Assembly: GCA_964615635.1 (NCBI GenBank)
Contig: CAZTQK010000002.1
Coordinates: 1 to 56,675, forward strand
Length of the DNA stretch: 56,675 nucleotides
From: an uncultured Planctomycetales bacterium
GTDB taxonomy: Bacteria > Planctomycetota > Phycisphaerae > UBA1845 > PWPN01
Reading direction: 5' to 3'
Below the pieces are notes generated by a model. It was not told the origin of the DNA and ran no database searches. It saw only the letters and a list, made by a program, of their open reading frames with translations. Positions 30,912-41,770 of this stretch are shown in pieces. How positions within the stretch are numbered: position 1 is the first letter of the stretch; every line of letters begins with the position of its first letter. The translations under genes were made by a program, and so were the position numbers.

Positions 30912-33311
30912 ATGACGATCTCGATCAGATCCCTCGGTATTGTGCTTGCACTTGTCACCTTGTTCGCTCTTGCCACTGCCGGCCCTGTCCCGCGGGCGAT
31001 GGCCGACGGTTTCATCGTGGTCGATGATCGCAGCGCCGAGGAGATCCGCCGGCTGCCCTGGCCTCATCCACACCCCATGCCTCGGCCGACGCCCTGGCGG
31101 TATCACATGCCCCTGCAGGTGAAGAATCACCTGGTCGAGGCCGAACTCACCGACAGCGTCGGCATCACGCGCATCGATCAGACTTTCCACAACCCCAACA
31201 ACGTTCAGCTCGAAGGCACCTACATCTTCCCAATGGCTGACGACGTGGCCGTCCAGAAGTTCAGCATGATGATCGGCGACAAAGAGGTGCAGGCCGAGGT
31301 CCTCGACAAAGACAAGGCCCGGCAGATCTACGAGGAGATCGTCAGCAAGATGAAGGACCCGGCCTTGCTCGAGTACGTCGGCAGCCGCATGTACAAAGCT
31401 CGCGTGTTCCCGATCCCAGCCAAGGGGGATGTGCGTATCAAGCTCGAATACTCGCAGGTCATCACCGCCACGAACGGCTTGGCAACATACCGTTACCCGC
31501 TCAACACCGAGAAGTACTCGTCGGCCCCGATCGGCCAGGTTGCCATTCGCGCCCGCATCAAGACCCGCCAGCCATTGGCTACAGTGTTCTGCCCGTCGCA
31601 CCAGGCGAGCATCGATCGGAAGGGGGATACCGAAGCCAGCGTCGGCTATGAGGCCTCCAATGTGCTGCCGGACAAGGACTTCGTGGTCAGCTACAAAACC
31701 AGCAACGAGGACTTTGCGTTCGTCATGCTGGCTCACCGGCAGGCGGGTGAAGGAGGCTACTTCATGGCCCGGATCATCCCCGGCGAGGGCGCTCGGCCCC
31801 GCAAGGTGGTGGCCAAGGACATCTGCTTCGTCATCGACACCTCGGGCAGCATGGCGGGCAAGAAGATCCAGCAGGCCCGCGAGGCTCTGCGTTACTGCCT
31901 GGCGAACCTCAACGCAGACGATCGTTTCAACATCGTGGCCTTCTCAACGGAGGCACGGCCTTACAAAGAAAGCCTGACTTCGGCCAAGACGGAGAACACC
32001 GAATCAGCCCGCCAGTTTGCGGCTGAGCTGCAATCGGCCGGCGGCACGGCGATCAATGACGCTCTGCTCGCGGCCCTGAAAGCCCGCGGCAGAAGCGATG
32101 AAGACAAGGGCAGGCCGTATATGATCGTTTTCCTCACTGACGGCCTCCCGACCATCGGCGAGACCAATATCGACCGGATCCTCGAAAACGTGAAGAAGGC
32201 TAATGCCGGCGGTGTTCGTCTCTTTGTCTTCGGGGTGGGAAACGACGTCAACACCAAGCTGCTCGACAAGCTGGCAGAGGACAACCACGGCTCGCGCGAC
32301 TACGTCGCCGAGAACGAAGACCTGGAACTGAAGCTCTCGAACTTCTACGGCACGATCGCCAACCCGGTGCTCAGCGACCTGAAGCTGACCTTCGACAGCA
32401 CCCTGGGTGTGCATGACACGTATCCCAAGGTCCTGCCCGATTTGTTCAAGGGTGGCGAACTGGTCATCTTCGGCCGTTACGACAACCCCGGAAAAGGCAA
32501 GGTTGATCTGGCCGGCCGCTGCGGTGACGAGGACCTGAAGCGATCGTGGGAGGAGTCGTTCCCGCAGACCGATGCGGGGCAGGAATACCTGCCGCGGCTG
32601 TGGGCGACACGCAAGGTCGGCTATCTGCTCGATGAAATCCGGCTGCACGGCGAGAACCAGGAGGTCCGCGAGGAGGTCGTCCAGTTGGCCAAGCGGTTCG
32701 GCATCGTCACGCCGTACACCTCGATGCTGATCATGGAGGAAGACCGAGGCCGGATCGCCCGCGGCGAAGGGGACCGTATTGAAGGTCTGATGCTGCACCG
32801 CAGGCTGGCGGAGGCACAGCCACAGTTGCTGGACGACCTGAAGCGCGGCTATGCGAGGAGCAGGTCCGGCTTCGAGACTGGGCCAGGCGCGGTGGCAATG
32901 TCGAAGGAAACCAACAGGCTCGCAGCTGCTGAGAGGGTCGAGGTGGACAGGTACTCGCACGGTGATTGGTCATACAGCCTTGCCGACGGGGGCGTAGCGG
33001 CCTCTGCCGGCCGGCCCTCCAGTCAGCCTGCTATCTACGGCATGGGTGGCGGGTACGGCGCGGCCGGTCGAGTGGGTGGCCGACAGGATGAGCAAGTGAT
33101 GCAGTACGTCGGCTCACGCACCTTCTACCGCGACGGCGACAAGTGGGTCGACAGCCGCTACAAGAAGGAGCTTCAGACGGTCACTGTCAAGGCCTTCAGC
33201 AAGGAGTACTTCGAACTGGTCGCCGCCCATCCGGACCTGGGCAAGTGCTTCGCCCTGGGCAGCAAGGTCATCGTGGTGATCGGAGACAAGGCCTGGAAAA
33301 CAACTGAATAG
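30912..33311 (+). CDS. VIT + von Willebrand factor type A domain secreted protein
   Basis: Signal peptide MTISIRSLGIVLALVTLFALATA. VIT-like N-terminal domain. vWA MIDAS motif DICFVIDTSGSMAGKKI plus FLTDGLPT. Confidence 0.85.
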   Translation: MTISIRSLGIVLALVTLFALATAGPVPRAMADGFIVVDDRSAEEIRRLPWPHPHPMPRPTPWRYHMPLQVKNHLVEAELTDSVGITRIDQTFHNPNNVQLEGTYIFPMADDVAVQKFSMMIGDKEVQAEVLDKDKARQIYEEIVSKMKDPALLEYVGSRMYKARVFPIPAKGDVRIKLEYSQVITATNGLATYRYPLNTEKYSSAPIGQVAIRARIKTRQPLATVFCPSHQASIDRKGDTEASVGYEASNVLPDKDFVVSYKTSNEDFAFVMLAHRQAGEGGYFMARIIPGEGARPRKVVAKDICFVIDTSGSMAGKKIQQAREALRYCLANLNADDRFNIVAFSTEARPYKESLTSAKTENTESARQFAAELQSAGGTAINDALLAALKARGRSDEDKGRPYMIVFLTDGLPTIGETNIDRILENVKKANAGGVRLFVFGVGNDVNTKLLDKLAEDNHGSRDYVAENEDLELKLSNFYGTIANPVLSDLKLTFDSTLGVHDTYPKVLPDLFKGGELVIFGRYDNPGKGKVDLAGRCGDEDLKRSWEESFPQTDAGQEYLPRLWATRKVGYLLDEIRLHGENQEVREEVVQLAKRFGIVTPYTSMLIMEEDRGRIARGEGDRIEGLMLHRRLAEAQPQLLDDLKRGYARSRSGFETGPGAVAMSKETNRLAAAERVEVDRYSHGDWSYSLADGGVAASAGRPSSQPAIYGMGGGYGAAGRVGGRQDEQVMQYVGSRTFYRDGDKWVDSRYKKELQTVTVKAFSKEYFELVAAHPDLGKCFALGSKVIVVIGDKAWKTTE

Positions 33312-33392
33312 CCCTGGATCTAGGCTCACCGCGAATCTGACGAGACCGGGCGGAGACTACGGCTGGTCGCCCGGCGGTTCACCCAGCCCGAT

Positions 33393-34022
33393 CTATGACC
33401 CAGTTTGGCGGGAGGCATCCTCAAACGTCTTTGCCAGCATGATGGTCTTGAGCCGTGGCGGACACTCCGGCCCATAGGAGAACCACGCAGGGTATTCGGC
33501 CCAACTGCCATCCAATCCAAAACAGTAATAGCCGGGATCGGTGCCGACCACTTTGCCGATCGAACTCCTCCAGCGGCGCAGCCTCACGTGCGCGAGGACC
33601 TTTGGCAGCAGAGCCGCCGAGAAGCAATAGAGCTCGGTCATCGCACATCGAGCCAGAATCACCAGAGCGATCTTCAAGGCAACTCCATTCTGTGCGACGA
33701 CCAAGCCACCTTGGGCCGAAACGAGATAGCTGAGCGGGTAAGCCCAGAGAGGCAGCATCGGCCCTTCCCAGAGAATGCGAAGATCAGGCAGGTTCTTCAA
33801 TGCAACGTAGGTCCGCCGAAGCTGGGAGCCGTAGCCAAAGAGGGCACAAACCCGGTCGGACCTGAACAGCTCCTCGCATTCAGCGACCCAGTCAGCTCTC
33901 ACCCGGAACTCATCATCGCTGATCGAGCCCTCATAGTAAGCGCAGGTGCATTTCAGGACGTGAGGATGTCCCGTACGCCGAAGGTCGGTGATTGACTGTT
34001 CCGCGAACACGTCCTCCTCCAT
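33393..34022 (-). CDS. hypothetical protein (Trp/Tyr/Cys-rich, one hydrophobic stretch)
   Basis: ORF on the same strand, 13 nt after the nitrilase-family stop when started at MEEDVFAEQS. No recognisable motif. It looks less GC-rich than its neighbours by eye. Confidence 0.4.
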   Translation of the reverse strand: MEEDVFAEQSITDLRRTGHPHVLKCTCAYYEGSISDDEFRVRADWVAECEELFRSDRVCALFGYGSQLRRTYVALKNLPDLRILWEGPMLPLWAYPLSYLVSAQGGLVVAQNGVALKIALVILARCAMTELYCFSAALLPKVLAHVRLRRWRSSIGKVVGTDPGYYCFGLDGSWAEYPAWFSYGPECPPRLKTIMLAKTFEDASRQTGS

Positions 34023-34035
34023 GAACTCCCACAGA

Positions 34036-35052
34036 CTACTGCTCGAGCAGCGGGCCATATGCTCCCGGCCGGCGGTGGTGGCGTCCGTAGATGCCGTTCT
34101 CGCGGTGCTTCTTGAGAGCATCCAGATCGAGCACGGCGTCAAGGATCTCCTCCTCGCGACCACCGAGCCGGATCACCTCACCGCTCGGGCTGATGATCAT
34201 GCTGTGTCCTTTGAACACCGGTCCGGCCCAGTTGGCCATCGCGACATACACCTCGTTTTCGTAGGCCCGCACGCGAAGCTGGTCGCGGTGAATCGGTATC
34301 TTGCAGGTGCAACCGGTTGCCTGCGGGATCGCGATGATGTCCGCCCCCAACACGGTCAGGCAACGAGCGGCCTCGGGCACCTCGCGGTCGAAGCAGATCA
34401 TGATACCCAGGTTGAACAAAACGCCATCGATCTCACAGGGCCAGACCTGGAAGCGATCGCCATTGGTCCAACCCATCTGGCTCTCGTATTTGTTGATGTG
34501 TACCTTGCGATAGGTGCCGAGGATCTCACCTTTCGGCGAAAGCAGCACCGCGGCGTTGTAGTACTTGTCGTCGGATCGCTCGTGCAGGCCCCAGATGATG
34601 TAGACCTTGAGTTCCGCCGCGAGCCGGGCGAAGTGGTTCGCCGATGGGCCGGGAACCGGCTCGGCCATTTCGCGCGTCCGGGCCAGGGTCGTGCCCCCGT
34701 CCGACGGTGATGCGTAGCCGGTCAGCGTGGTCTCCGGCAGGATGAGCAGTTGAGCACCGCGCTTCTCAACCGCCTCACGAACGAGCCGGGTGGCCCGCTC
34801 GACGTTCGCCTTGGGGTCGCCGGTCGCAGGCAGCATCTGGATGGCGGCGACGCGCACCTGGCGTGCTCCAGCCTTGTTCCTGACCTCAGGCGCCTCCTCG
34901 GATCGCCGCCCCGCGTCATCGCGCTGCGAATTCACCGCAAGCCCTCCGGGTCGCATATCGCCGCTGCAGCCGCAAGCAAAAGCGACAATCACCAACATCG
35001 TTCGTGAGATATGCCGCAGACATGCGGCACGCCGGCAGTGGTCCTCGTTCAT
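34036..35052 (-). CDS. carbon-nitrogen hydrolase (nitrilase superfamily) protein, probable lipoprotein
   Basis: E-K-C triad contexts: LLILPETTLTGY, YRKVHIN, MICFDREVPE. N-terminus MLVIVAFACGCSG (lipobox-like). The start is ambiguous (35052 or 34998). Confidence 0.8.
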   Translation of the reverse strand: MNEDHCRRAACLRHISRTMLVIVAFACGCSGDMRPGGLAVNSQRDDAGRRSEEAPEVRNKAGARQVRVAAIQMLPATGDPKANVERATRLVREAVEKRGAQLLILPETTLTGYASPSDGGTTLARTREMAEPVPGPSANHFARLAAELKVYIIWGLHERSDDKYYNAAVLLSPKGEILGTYRKVHINKYESQMGWTNGDRFQVWPCEIDGVLFNLGIMICFDREVPEAARCLTVLGADIIAIPQATGCTCKIPIHRDQLRVRAYENEVYVAMANWAGPVFKGHSMIISPSGEVIRLGGREEEILDAVLDLDALKKHRENGIYGRHHRRPGAYGPLLEQ

Positions 35053-35124
35053 GCATGGTCCTCTCGTCATCGATCGGGTCGATCTGAAGCCGCAAGCCAC
35101 AGCTACCCTTCGCCCCACTGGATG

Positions 35125-35287
35125 GGTCCGTCACAGATTCAGCAGAGAAACGCAACAATTCCTCAAAGGGGCTCTTTCAGAACCGCGACCGCAAGGGAGC
35201 GGCCCCCCCTGGGGTTGGCAGCTTCGTTGCCCGACCCCTCGCTCACGCTCGGGCTTCTGAAAGAGCCGCCCGGAGTGTCACGGTTCC
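35125..35287. repeat. MITE-like repeat, family 1, copy D (degenerate ends)
   Basis: GGGTCCGTCACAGATTC ... CTCTTTCAGAACCGCGACCGCAAGGGAGCGGCC ... GGGCTTCTGAAAGAGCCGCCCGGAGTGTCACGGTTCC. Confidence 0.75.
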
Positions 35288-35335
35288 CCCGCTGGATCGG
35301 ACTCGATCATCGCCTCGACGCCTGCCGCTCTCTGA

Positions 35336-35986
35336 TCACCGAATGTACTTGATGACGGCGAAACCGCCAACCAGCAGGATCACGAACACGACGCAGAGCA
35401 GATTGAAATAACGATCGATGAACCGCTTCATCGGCGGACCGAAGAAATACAGCAGTGCGGAGACCGCAAAGAACCTCGCGCCGCGGCCCACGATCGAAAC
35501 AAGCACGAACCCCAGCAGATTCATGTGGAACGCGCCGGAAGCGATCGTGAAAACCTTGTAGGGGATCGGCGTCAGGGCAGCGATGAATACGATCCAGTAG
35601 TCGTACTGCTGATACCACTGCGTCACCTGTTCATAATACGATTCGGCATGATAGAAGGCGATGATCCGCACCCCGATCGTGTCCATAAACGCAAGCCCGA
35701 TCCCGTAGCCCGCCATGCCTCCGACCGCGCTGGCCAGCGTGCAGATCACCGCGAAACGGAACCATCGCCCGCGCGATCCGAGCACCAGGGCGATCAGCAG
35801 CACGTCCGGCGGCACCGGGAAGAAGCTCGACTCGGCAAAGGCGAGGCAGAAAAGGGCGATCGCGCCGTAGGGCGTGTCCGCCCAGTGGAGCACCCAATCG
35901 TACATGCGCCGGTGAAGGTGCCATCGCGGCACGGCCGGTTTCGCCGTCGCCGGCGATACTGCGGGGGACTGGCTACTGTTCGTCAT
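35336..35986 (-). CDS. YqaA/DedA-family (VTT domain) membrane protein
   Basis: Start at MTNSSQ. YGAIALFCLAFAESSFFPVPPDVLLIAL is the YqaA/DedA signature. Multiple TM helices. Confidence 0.8.
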   Translation of the reverse strand: MTNSSQSPAVSPATAKPAVPRWHLHRRMYDWVLHWADTPYGAIALFCLAFAESSFFPVPPDVLLIALVLGSRGRWFRFAVICTLASAVGGMAGYGIGLAFMDTIGVRIIAFYHAESYYEQVTQWYQQYDYWIVFIAALTPIPYKVFTIASGAFHMNLLGFVLVSIVGRGARFFAVSALLYFFGPPMKRFIDRYFNLLCVVFVILLVGGFAVIKYIR

Positions 35987-36563
35987 GCGTCGTGGTTCCT
36001 CTTTGCCGAAACGCACTCTAACCGGCCGGCAACTGCTTTGACAAACGCATCGCCGCACGGATTGGGTGCCGATTTCTCGGCCACTTGGTCGGCAACGGCC
36101 CGGAGACCTCGACAGGCGGTTTGTTCATTCGTTCGACAACGCGGACAGCCATTGAACCGCTTCGCGGCGGAATGGACGGACGGGGGAAAATCGCAGATGG
36201 ACGGGGATAGACACGGATGTGGGCGGATGATTGAAGTGGGGCTTTGTCTTGGGTTCGTTTGGCGCGAGCGAGCTTTCAGCTCTCGGCAATCAGCCGTCAG
36301 ACACAAGAGGATGGGACTCAGCTTCAAGGGCAACACAAGGCGAAAACGACCCGGCCCGTTTTCTGCTTCCATCAGGGCTCCTCATTTCAAAGTGCTGAAA
36401 TAATAGCTGGATAGGGAGGATGCCCCTCGTCTTTTTGATTGGCGCAGGTGTGACACTATCTCCATGTCGGATCAGTAACTCTTTGCCCGCAACGAGATAC
36501 CAAGACGCCCTTCCGCTTCTATGGTCGGCCGTTCTCGTCAACTGGATCAGCTAACCGACAGCG

Positions 36564-36693
36564 GGTCCGCGACAGATTAGGCGGGCATGCTCTGAGGGTG
36601 CCACTGGCGGCTTGCCCGCCAGTGCATGCCTGAGAAGCAGAAGACACTGGTAGACGAGCTGCCAGTGGCACCCGTCTAAAGTGTCACGGACCC
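36564..36693. repeat. chimeric repeat: family-1 termini flanking a family-3 core
   Basis: Left GGTCCGCGACAGATTAGGCGG (family-1 end). Core GGGTGCCACTGGCGGCTTGCCCGCCAGTGCA...CTGCCAGTGGCACCC (family 3). Right AAAGTGTCACGGACCC (family-1 end). Confidence 0.7.
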
Positions 36694-36800
36694 ACCGACA
36701 GCAAGAAGCGAGTTTGCGATTGTGGTCCCTTTGGGGAATTGGTAAAATATGGAACGATGTTTGGGTCACGGCATGTGCCGGGCTTAAGGGAGGAAAGACG

Positions 36801-37385
36801 ATGCGGAAACTGGCGATGTTGGGCGTGGTGTTGGCCACGTGCATGTCTTGGGCGTCTACGGTCAGCGCGGCGACGGTAACGGTCTACACGGACAAGGCGC
36901 AATGGGAGAGCGCCTTGGGCGGGCAGTTCCTGACCGAGGATTTCGCCGACAGTCAACTGAACGACGGAGTCAGCTTTACGTCCACGGAATCCGGCCACAT
37001 AAACCCTGCGGAGGAATGCTACCAGGATGTTCTGGCTTCTCAGATCCAGAATGAACCTATGACCATCTGGAGCTTCAGCCCCGAAATGGCCGCCTACGGC
37101 GGGGATTGGACTCTAGGTGGCCCCGGCGGTTCCGGCAACAGCCTACTGGTCTACATCGCTGACTTCTCTCTTTACGTGGGAGCTATTTCCAACAACTACG
37201 GCGGCGAATTCTGGGGCTTCATCTCTGATACTCCGTTCACCTCGGTCAAATTGGTCGGGGGACCGGGCAGCAATCAGCAGAACTATCGTTTGGACAACAT
37301 GGTTTACTCACAAGTTCCCGAGCCGGCTACAATAAGCCTGTTGACCCTGGGCGGGCTGGTGCTGATTCGCCGCCGCAGAGCCTGA
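36801..37385 (+). CDS. PEP-CTERM sorting-domain secreted protein
   Basis: Start at MRKLAMLGVVLATCMSWASTVSA (GGGAGGAAAG SD). C-terminus VPEPATISLLTLGGLVLIRRRRA. Confidence 0.85.
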   Translation: MRKLAMLGVVLATCMSWASTVSAATVTVYTDKAQWESALGGQFLTEDFADSQLNDGVSFTSTESGHINPAEECYQDVLASQIQNEPMTIWSFSPEMAAYGGDWTLGGPGGSGNSLLVYIADFSLYVGAISNNYGGEFWGFISDTPFTSVKLVGGPGSNQQNYRLDNMVYSQVPEPATISLLTLGGLVLIRRRRA

Positions 37386-37499
37386 CCACCAATATCTGCC
37401 CCGTCGAACAGACCAACGCCGCACAGGTAACTGCGGGATGCGGTCTTGTGCGAAGAATGTGCCGGTCGGCGCGATTGACGGCCCAAGTGGCAACAAAAA

Positions 37500-38180
37500 T
37501 CATTCTGAAACCTTTTTCTTGATATGCCGGATGATTTGTCCGGTGACGAGGAAGATTACGTCTTCGGCGATGTTGACAGCGTGGTCGGCGGTGCGCTCGA
37601 GGTTCTTGGCGATGGAGAGGACGTCCAAATGGGCGGCCATGGCCTCGGGCGACCTCGATGCATCTGTGACGAGCTTCCGGATGAAGTCGCCGTAGAAGGC
37701 GTCGATGATCTCGTCCTCGGTCATGACTCTCTCGGCCGCCTCGCGATCGAGCGTGGCATAGGCGTTGATCGCCCCGTGCAGCATGCGGCGCACGACGGGG
37801 TAGATCTCTTTCAGGTCGTTGCGGGCCTCAACGAGCATGTCGGGCCCCAAATGGGCGGCCCGCTCGGCGATGTTGACGCCGCAGTCGGCGATCCGCTCCA
37901 GGTCGTTGTTGACCTTGAGAATGGTGCATAGACGCCGCATGTCCGAGCCCATCGGTTGGAAAAGGGTCATCAGACGAACGGCCTCGGCCTCAATGGCCAC
38001 CTCCTCGGCGTCGATCTCGCAGTCGCGGTTGACGACCCGGCGAGCGAGGTTGTGGTCGGCATAGGTGACGGCCTCGCAGGCCTCGAGCAGCATGTCTTCG
38101 ACGGCCGCCCCCATTCGCAGGGAGCGCCGCATCAGTTCGTCCAGCAAGTTGATAAAATGCGTAGCCATATGATCATCCAA
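37500..38180 (-). CDS. phoU: phosphate signalling complex protein PhoU
   Basis: Two PhoU repeats with D..VN..E..IDA and [12 protein letters not shown] / [13 protein letters not shown] motifs. It is the last gene of the pst operon. Confidence 0.9.
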   Translation of the reverse strand: MDDHMATHFINLLDELMRRSLRMGAAVEDMLLEACEAVTYADHNLARRVVNRDCEIDAEEVAIEAEAVRLMTLFQPMGSDMRRLCTILKVNNDLERIADCGVNIAERAAHLGPDMLVEARNDLKEIYPVVRRMLHGAINAYATLDREAAERVMTEDEIIDAFYGDFIRKLVTDASRSPEAMAAHLDVLSIAKNLERTADHAVNIAEDVIFLVTGQIIRHIKKKVSE

Positions 38181-39021
38181 ATCGTCCGGTGATGTAGTCC
38201 TGTGTCTTCTGCTCGCTCGGGCTGGTGAACAGCTTCGACGTCGAGTCGAACTCGATCAACTCGCCCATGTACATGAACGCGGTCATGTCGGACACGCGGG
38301 CGGCCTGCTGCATGTTGTGGGTGACGATGATCACAGTGTAATGGCCGCGGAGCTCGCCGATCAGGTCTTCGATGCGGTCGGTGGCGATCGGATCGAGCGC
38401 CGAGGTCGGTTCGTCCATCAGCAGCAGTTCCGGCTGAACGGCCAGTGCCCTGGCGATGCACAGCCGCTGCTGCTGGCCGCCGGAGAGGCCCAGCGCGTTT
38501 TCGTGCAGGCGATCCTTGACCTCGTCCCACAGGGCCGCCCGCTTGAGGCTCTCTTCGACAATGGAGGCCAGGTCGCCGCGGCCGCGGATCCCGTGGATGC
38601 GCGGCCCGAAGGCAACGTTTTCGAAGACTGTTTTGGGGAACGGGTTGGGCTTCTGAAACACCATGCCTACGCGGCGGCGCAGGGCCGTCACGTCGATTCG
38701 CGGTCCGTAGATTTCCTCACCGTCGAGCATCAGCCGGCCGTCGGTGCGGCAGCCGGGAATCAGATCGTTCATGCGGTTGATGGCCCGCAGCAGCGTGCTC
38801 TTGCCGCATCCGCTCGGCCCGATGATGGCGGTCACCTTGCCGGTGGGGAGGGCCATGGTGACTTTCTTGACCGCCTCGTTGTTGCCATAAAAGACGGAGA
38901 ATTCCTCGGCGGTCACATGGGACGTCTGCAGGGCATGGGCAACGCCGGAGTCCCCCGAAGTGTCACGTCTGGTTGTCACCGTCACCGTCCGTTCCATCAT
39001 CGCCACCGCCATCGTAATCAT
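38173..39021 (-). CDS. pstB: phosphate ABC transporter ATP-binding protein PstB
   Basis: Walker [10 protein letters not shown], signature [15 protein letters not shown] and Walker [17 protein letters not shown] overlap with pstA. Confidence 0.95.
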   Translation of the reverse strand: MITMAVAMMERTVTVTTRRDTSGDSGVAHALQTSHVTAEEFSVFYGNNEAVKKVTMALPTGKVTAIIGPSGCGKSTLLRAINRMNDLIPGCRTDGRLMLDGEEIYGPRIDVTALRRRVGMVFQKPNPFPKTVFENVAFGPRIHGIRGRGDLASIVEESLKRAALWDEVKDRLHENALGLSGGQQQRLCIARALAVQPELLLMDEPTSALDPIATDRIEDLIGELRGHYTVIIVTHNMQQAARVSDMTAFMYMGELIEFDSTSKLFTSPSEQKTQDYITGRFG

Positions 39022-40367
39022 CCTCGAAGCCGTTTTGAAATCTTCGCCCGTGCATAGATCGCCGCCGAGTTCAGCAGGAGCACCAGCATGACAAGGGTGA
39101 AGACCATACCGTACTGAACGTGTCGGATCTCGTCGACCCGCTGGTGCTCGGTGGCAAGGTTGTAGATGTTCCAGGGCAGGGCGGGCGTCGGCTGGCTGAG
39201 GGTCTCCTTGAGGGAGAGAGGCAGGCCCACGCTCACCGCGGCCGTGTAGATGATGGGAGCTGTTTCACCCGCGGCCCGGCCCATGCTGATGACGATACCG
39301 GTCAAGATGCCAGGAAGAGCCGAGGGCAGAATGACCCTCACGATGGTCCGCCATTTGCCCGCGCCCAGGCTCAGCGAGGCCTCTTTGTAGGTATGCGGCA
39401 CGGCGCGAATGGCCTCCTCCGACGCCCGTATCACCAACGGCAGAATCAGGATCGACAGAGTCAGCGCACCGGCCAAGACGCTCTTGGTTTGCGATACCCC
39501 GACCGCGTTGATGAAAAACGCCAGTCCGAACAGGCCGAAGACGATGCTCGGCACGCCCGCCAGCGTGCTGATGCACGTCCGGATCAACTGAACCAGCCTG
39601 CTGGTTGCCGGGGCGTACTCCACCAGGTAGATCGCCGACACCACGCCCATCGGGACGGCGAAGATGATCGCTCCGACCGTCAGGTAGAACGTTCCCAACA
39701 GCTCCGCCCAGACACCGCCGAAGTAGTGGGAGTCATATGATGTCTGTGTCAGGAACCCCCAGTAGACGGTCACTCTGGGCAGCAGCATCCTGTCCAGGTT
39801 CTGTTCGACGTAGGCAAATAGCGGCTCGAGCGAGGTTCCTTTGAATTCGTCGACCCGCGGCACATCGATCGGTGTGCCCATCTCATTCGGATTGGAGTAG
39901 TCGTACTGCTTGTCGTAGAGCAGGTGATGCAGCACGACGTGGGCCCGGTCCCAGCGGGTCTGACCATACTGATCACGATACATCACCGGCCGTGGCTCGC
40001 CGGGCGCCGGCCCAAGCAGGAGCCGCAGCTCGTCTTTCACCGCCTGGAGGGGTTCGGCGTACTTGCGGGAAGCAAGGAAGCCCTGCGACTCGATCTCCTT
40101 TTCGAAGGCGGCCACCATCTCATAGATCGGCTTGCGGGCCTCCAGCACGCCGGCCATCTCGGCTTCGAGCTTGTCCTTGTCGCCCGCCTCGAACAACTCA
40201 AGTTGCATGCGGCGGTGTTCCACTGTGCCGCGGAAGATGAACGCTCCAATGCCGCCGACAGCAATCGGAGTCAGCAACACCAGCAGGAACGCCGCCAGCA
40301 GCAGGACCGAGCTGACACCCATGGAGGTGAAGAGGCGGTCGGTCAGTTTGCGCGACGTCAATGCCAT
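39018..40367 (-). CDS. pstA: phosphate ABC transporter permease PstA (long form)
   Basis: Permease EAA-type region [28 protein letters not shown], six TM helices and a large N-terminal loop. It follows pstC with a 2-nt gap. Confidence 0.9.
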   Translation of the reverse strand: MALTSRKLTDRLFTSMGVSSVLLLAAFLLVLLTPIAVGGIGAFIFRGTVEHRRMQLELFEAGDKDKLEAEMAGVLEARKPIYEMVAAFEKEIESQGFLASRKYAEPLQAVKDELRLLLGPAPGEPRPVMYRDQYGQTRWDRAHVVLHHLLYDKQYDYSNPNEMGTPIDVPRVDEFKGTSLEPLFAYVEQNLDRMLLPRVTVYWGFLTQTSYDSHYFGGVWAELLGTFYLTVGAIIFAVPMGVVSAIYLVEYAPATSRLVQLIRTCISTLAGVPSIVFGLFGLAFFINAVGVSQTKSVLAGALTLSILILPLVIRASEEAIRAVPHTYKEASLSLGAGKWRTIVRVILPSALPGILTGIVISMGRAAGETAPIIYTAAVSVGLPLSLKETLSQPTPALPWNIYNLATEHQRVDEIRHVQYGMVFTLVMLVLLLNSAAIYARAKISKRLRG

Positions 40368-40369
40368 GG

Positions 40370-41560
40370 TCAGCGTTTGCCTCCCTTGCCCTTGTCGGAG
40401 CGTCGCACGATCGTCTCGCTGATCAGATTGAACACAAACGAGATGACCAGCAGGCAGAAGCCCATCAGAAACAGAGAGCTGTAATGGGCGGCCCCGGTCA
40501 TCTGGTCGGTTTCACCCATCTCGCCGGCGATGGTCGCAGTCAGGGTGCGGATGGGTTGGAGGAAGTTGTACATCGGCGAGGGGATGCGCGAGGCGTTTCC
40601 GGAGGCCATCCAGACCACCATCGTCTCACCGATGGCCCGCATGATGCCCAGAATCACCGCCGCACAGATGCCGCTTTTGGCGGCGGGAATCACGACACGG
40701 AGCATAGTCTCCGCACGGGTGGCCCCGAGGGCGTATGAGCCTTCGCGCAGCTCGCGGCCGACGGCCTGCAGTGCATCTTCCGATACGCTCACGACCGTCG
40801 GCAGGGCCATGATGCCGAGGATGATCGATACGTTGAGGGAATTGCATCCGCTGTCGATGTGCAGTGCCCGCAGCAAGGCTGAGACCCACCAGAGAAGGCC
40901 GCCTGCCAGGCACACGAGTAATGCCCCGACGATGCCCCTGGCAATGCGGCGAGTGGAGGGGGTCTGGATACCTGTGGTCGTGACCTCGGTTGCGATGAAC
41001 ACCGCCAACAACAGTATCGGTGTGGCGATCAGCCACCAGGCAGTCGACAGGATGGTCCCGCCGTTGTTCTGCAGTTGCGTGGCGAAGACGACCAGGGCGA
41101 AAAAGCCGAACGCCACGGATGGAATGGCGGCCAGCAGTTCAATCACCGGCTTGGTCCATTGCCGCAGCCAGAAGGGCAGAACATCACTCAGGCACACGGC
41201 CGCCGCCACCCCGAGCGGCACGGCCACCACCGTCGCACCGAGCGTTACCATTGCGCTGCCGTAGAAGATGGCCAGTGCGCCGAAGTGCGCCTCGGTTCTG
41301 GTGGGATACCACTCGGTGCTCGTGAGAAACTCCCTGACACCCGCCCATCCTTGAGCCCGGAAGAAGGGAATCGAATCCCGGGCGATGAAGTAGAAGATGA
41401 AGAGAACGATGAGTATCGAACTGCAGGTGATCGCCAGCAGCAGTCCCTGGCCCAGCCAACTCGCAATCCAACGGGCGAAATCGGCTTTCCTGCTGATGAC
41501 CAGGCTTGGCCTGCGCATCGCCCGCAGATCGCTGAAGCTACCGCCGACCGATTCCATCAT
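40370..41560 (-). CDS. pstC: phosphate ABC transporter permease PstC
   Basis: VSEDALQAVGRELREGSYALGATRAETM permease motif. Start placed at MMESVGG because the longer ORF (to 41764) reads through a family-2 repeat. Confidence 0.9.
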   Translation of the reverse strand: MMESVGGSFSDLRAMRRPSLVISRKADFARWIASWLGQGLLLAITCSSILIVLFIFYFIARDSIPFFRAQGWAGVREFLTSTEWYPTRTEAHFGALAIFYGSAMVTLGATVVAVPLGVAAAVCLSDVLPFWLRQWTKPVIELLAAIPSVAFGFFALVVFATQLQNNGGTILSTAWWLIATPILLLAVFIATEVTTTGIQTPSTRRIARGIVGALLVCLAGGLLWWVSALLRALHIDSGCNSLNVSIILGIMALPTVVSVSEDALQAVGRELREGSYALGATRAETMLRVVIPAAKSGICAAVILGIMRAIGETMVVWMASGNASRIPSPMYNFLQPIRTLTATIAGEMGETDQMTGAAHYSSLFLMGFCLLVISFVFNLISETIVRRSDKGKGGKR

Positions 41561-41612
41561 GCACACAACCTTTTGACAACCTGACCGCCGGGCGCCTCTG
41601 GTGGCTTGGCCG

Positions 41613-41770
41613 CCGTACGTGTTTGGCGGGCCGGGGTCTGGCTCCTTCTTGCCTGACGCGGTTCGCAGAGTGACCCGGGGAAGGTCAACGAGGCCATCTG
41701 GCACTCTGCCATGCAGGGGAGGCCGCAAGAAGGTGCCTGACCCGCTCTTTTGCACGCTAAACACGTACCG
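41613..41770. repeat. MITE-like repeat, family 2, copy 1 (in the pstS-pstC spacer)
   Basis: CCGTACGTGTTTGGCGGGCCGGGGTCTGGCTCCTTCTTGCC...AAGGTGCCTGACCCGCTCTTTTGCACGCTAAACACGTACCGG. The terminal GTACGTGTTT / AAACACGTAC ends are inverted repeats. A second copy lies at 49975-50131 in the same orientation. Confidence 0.8.
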
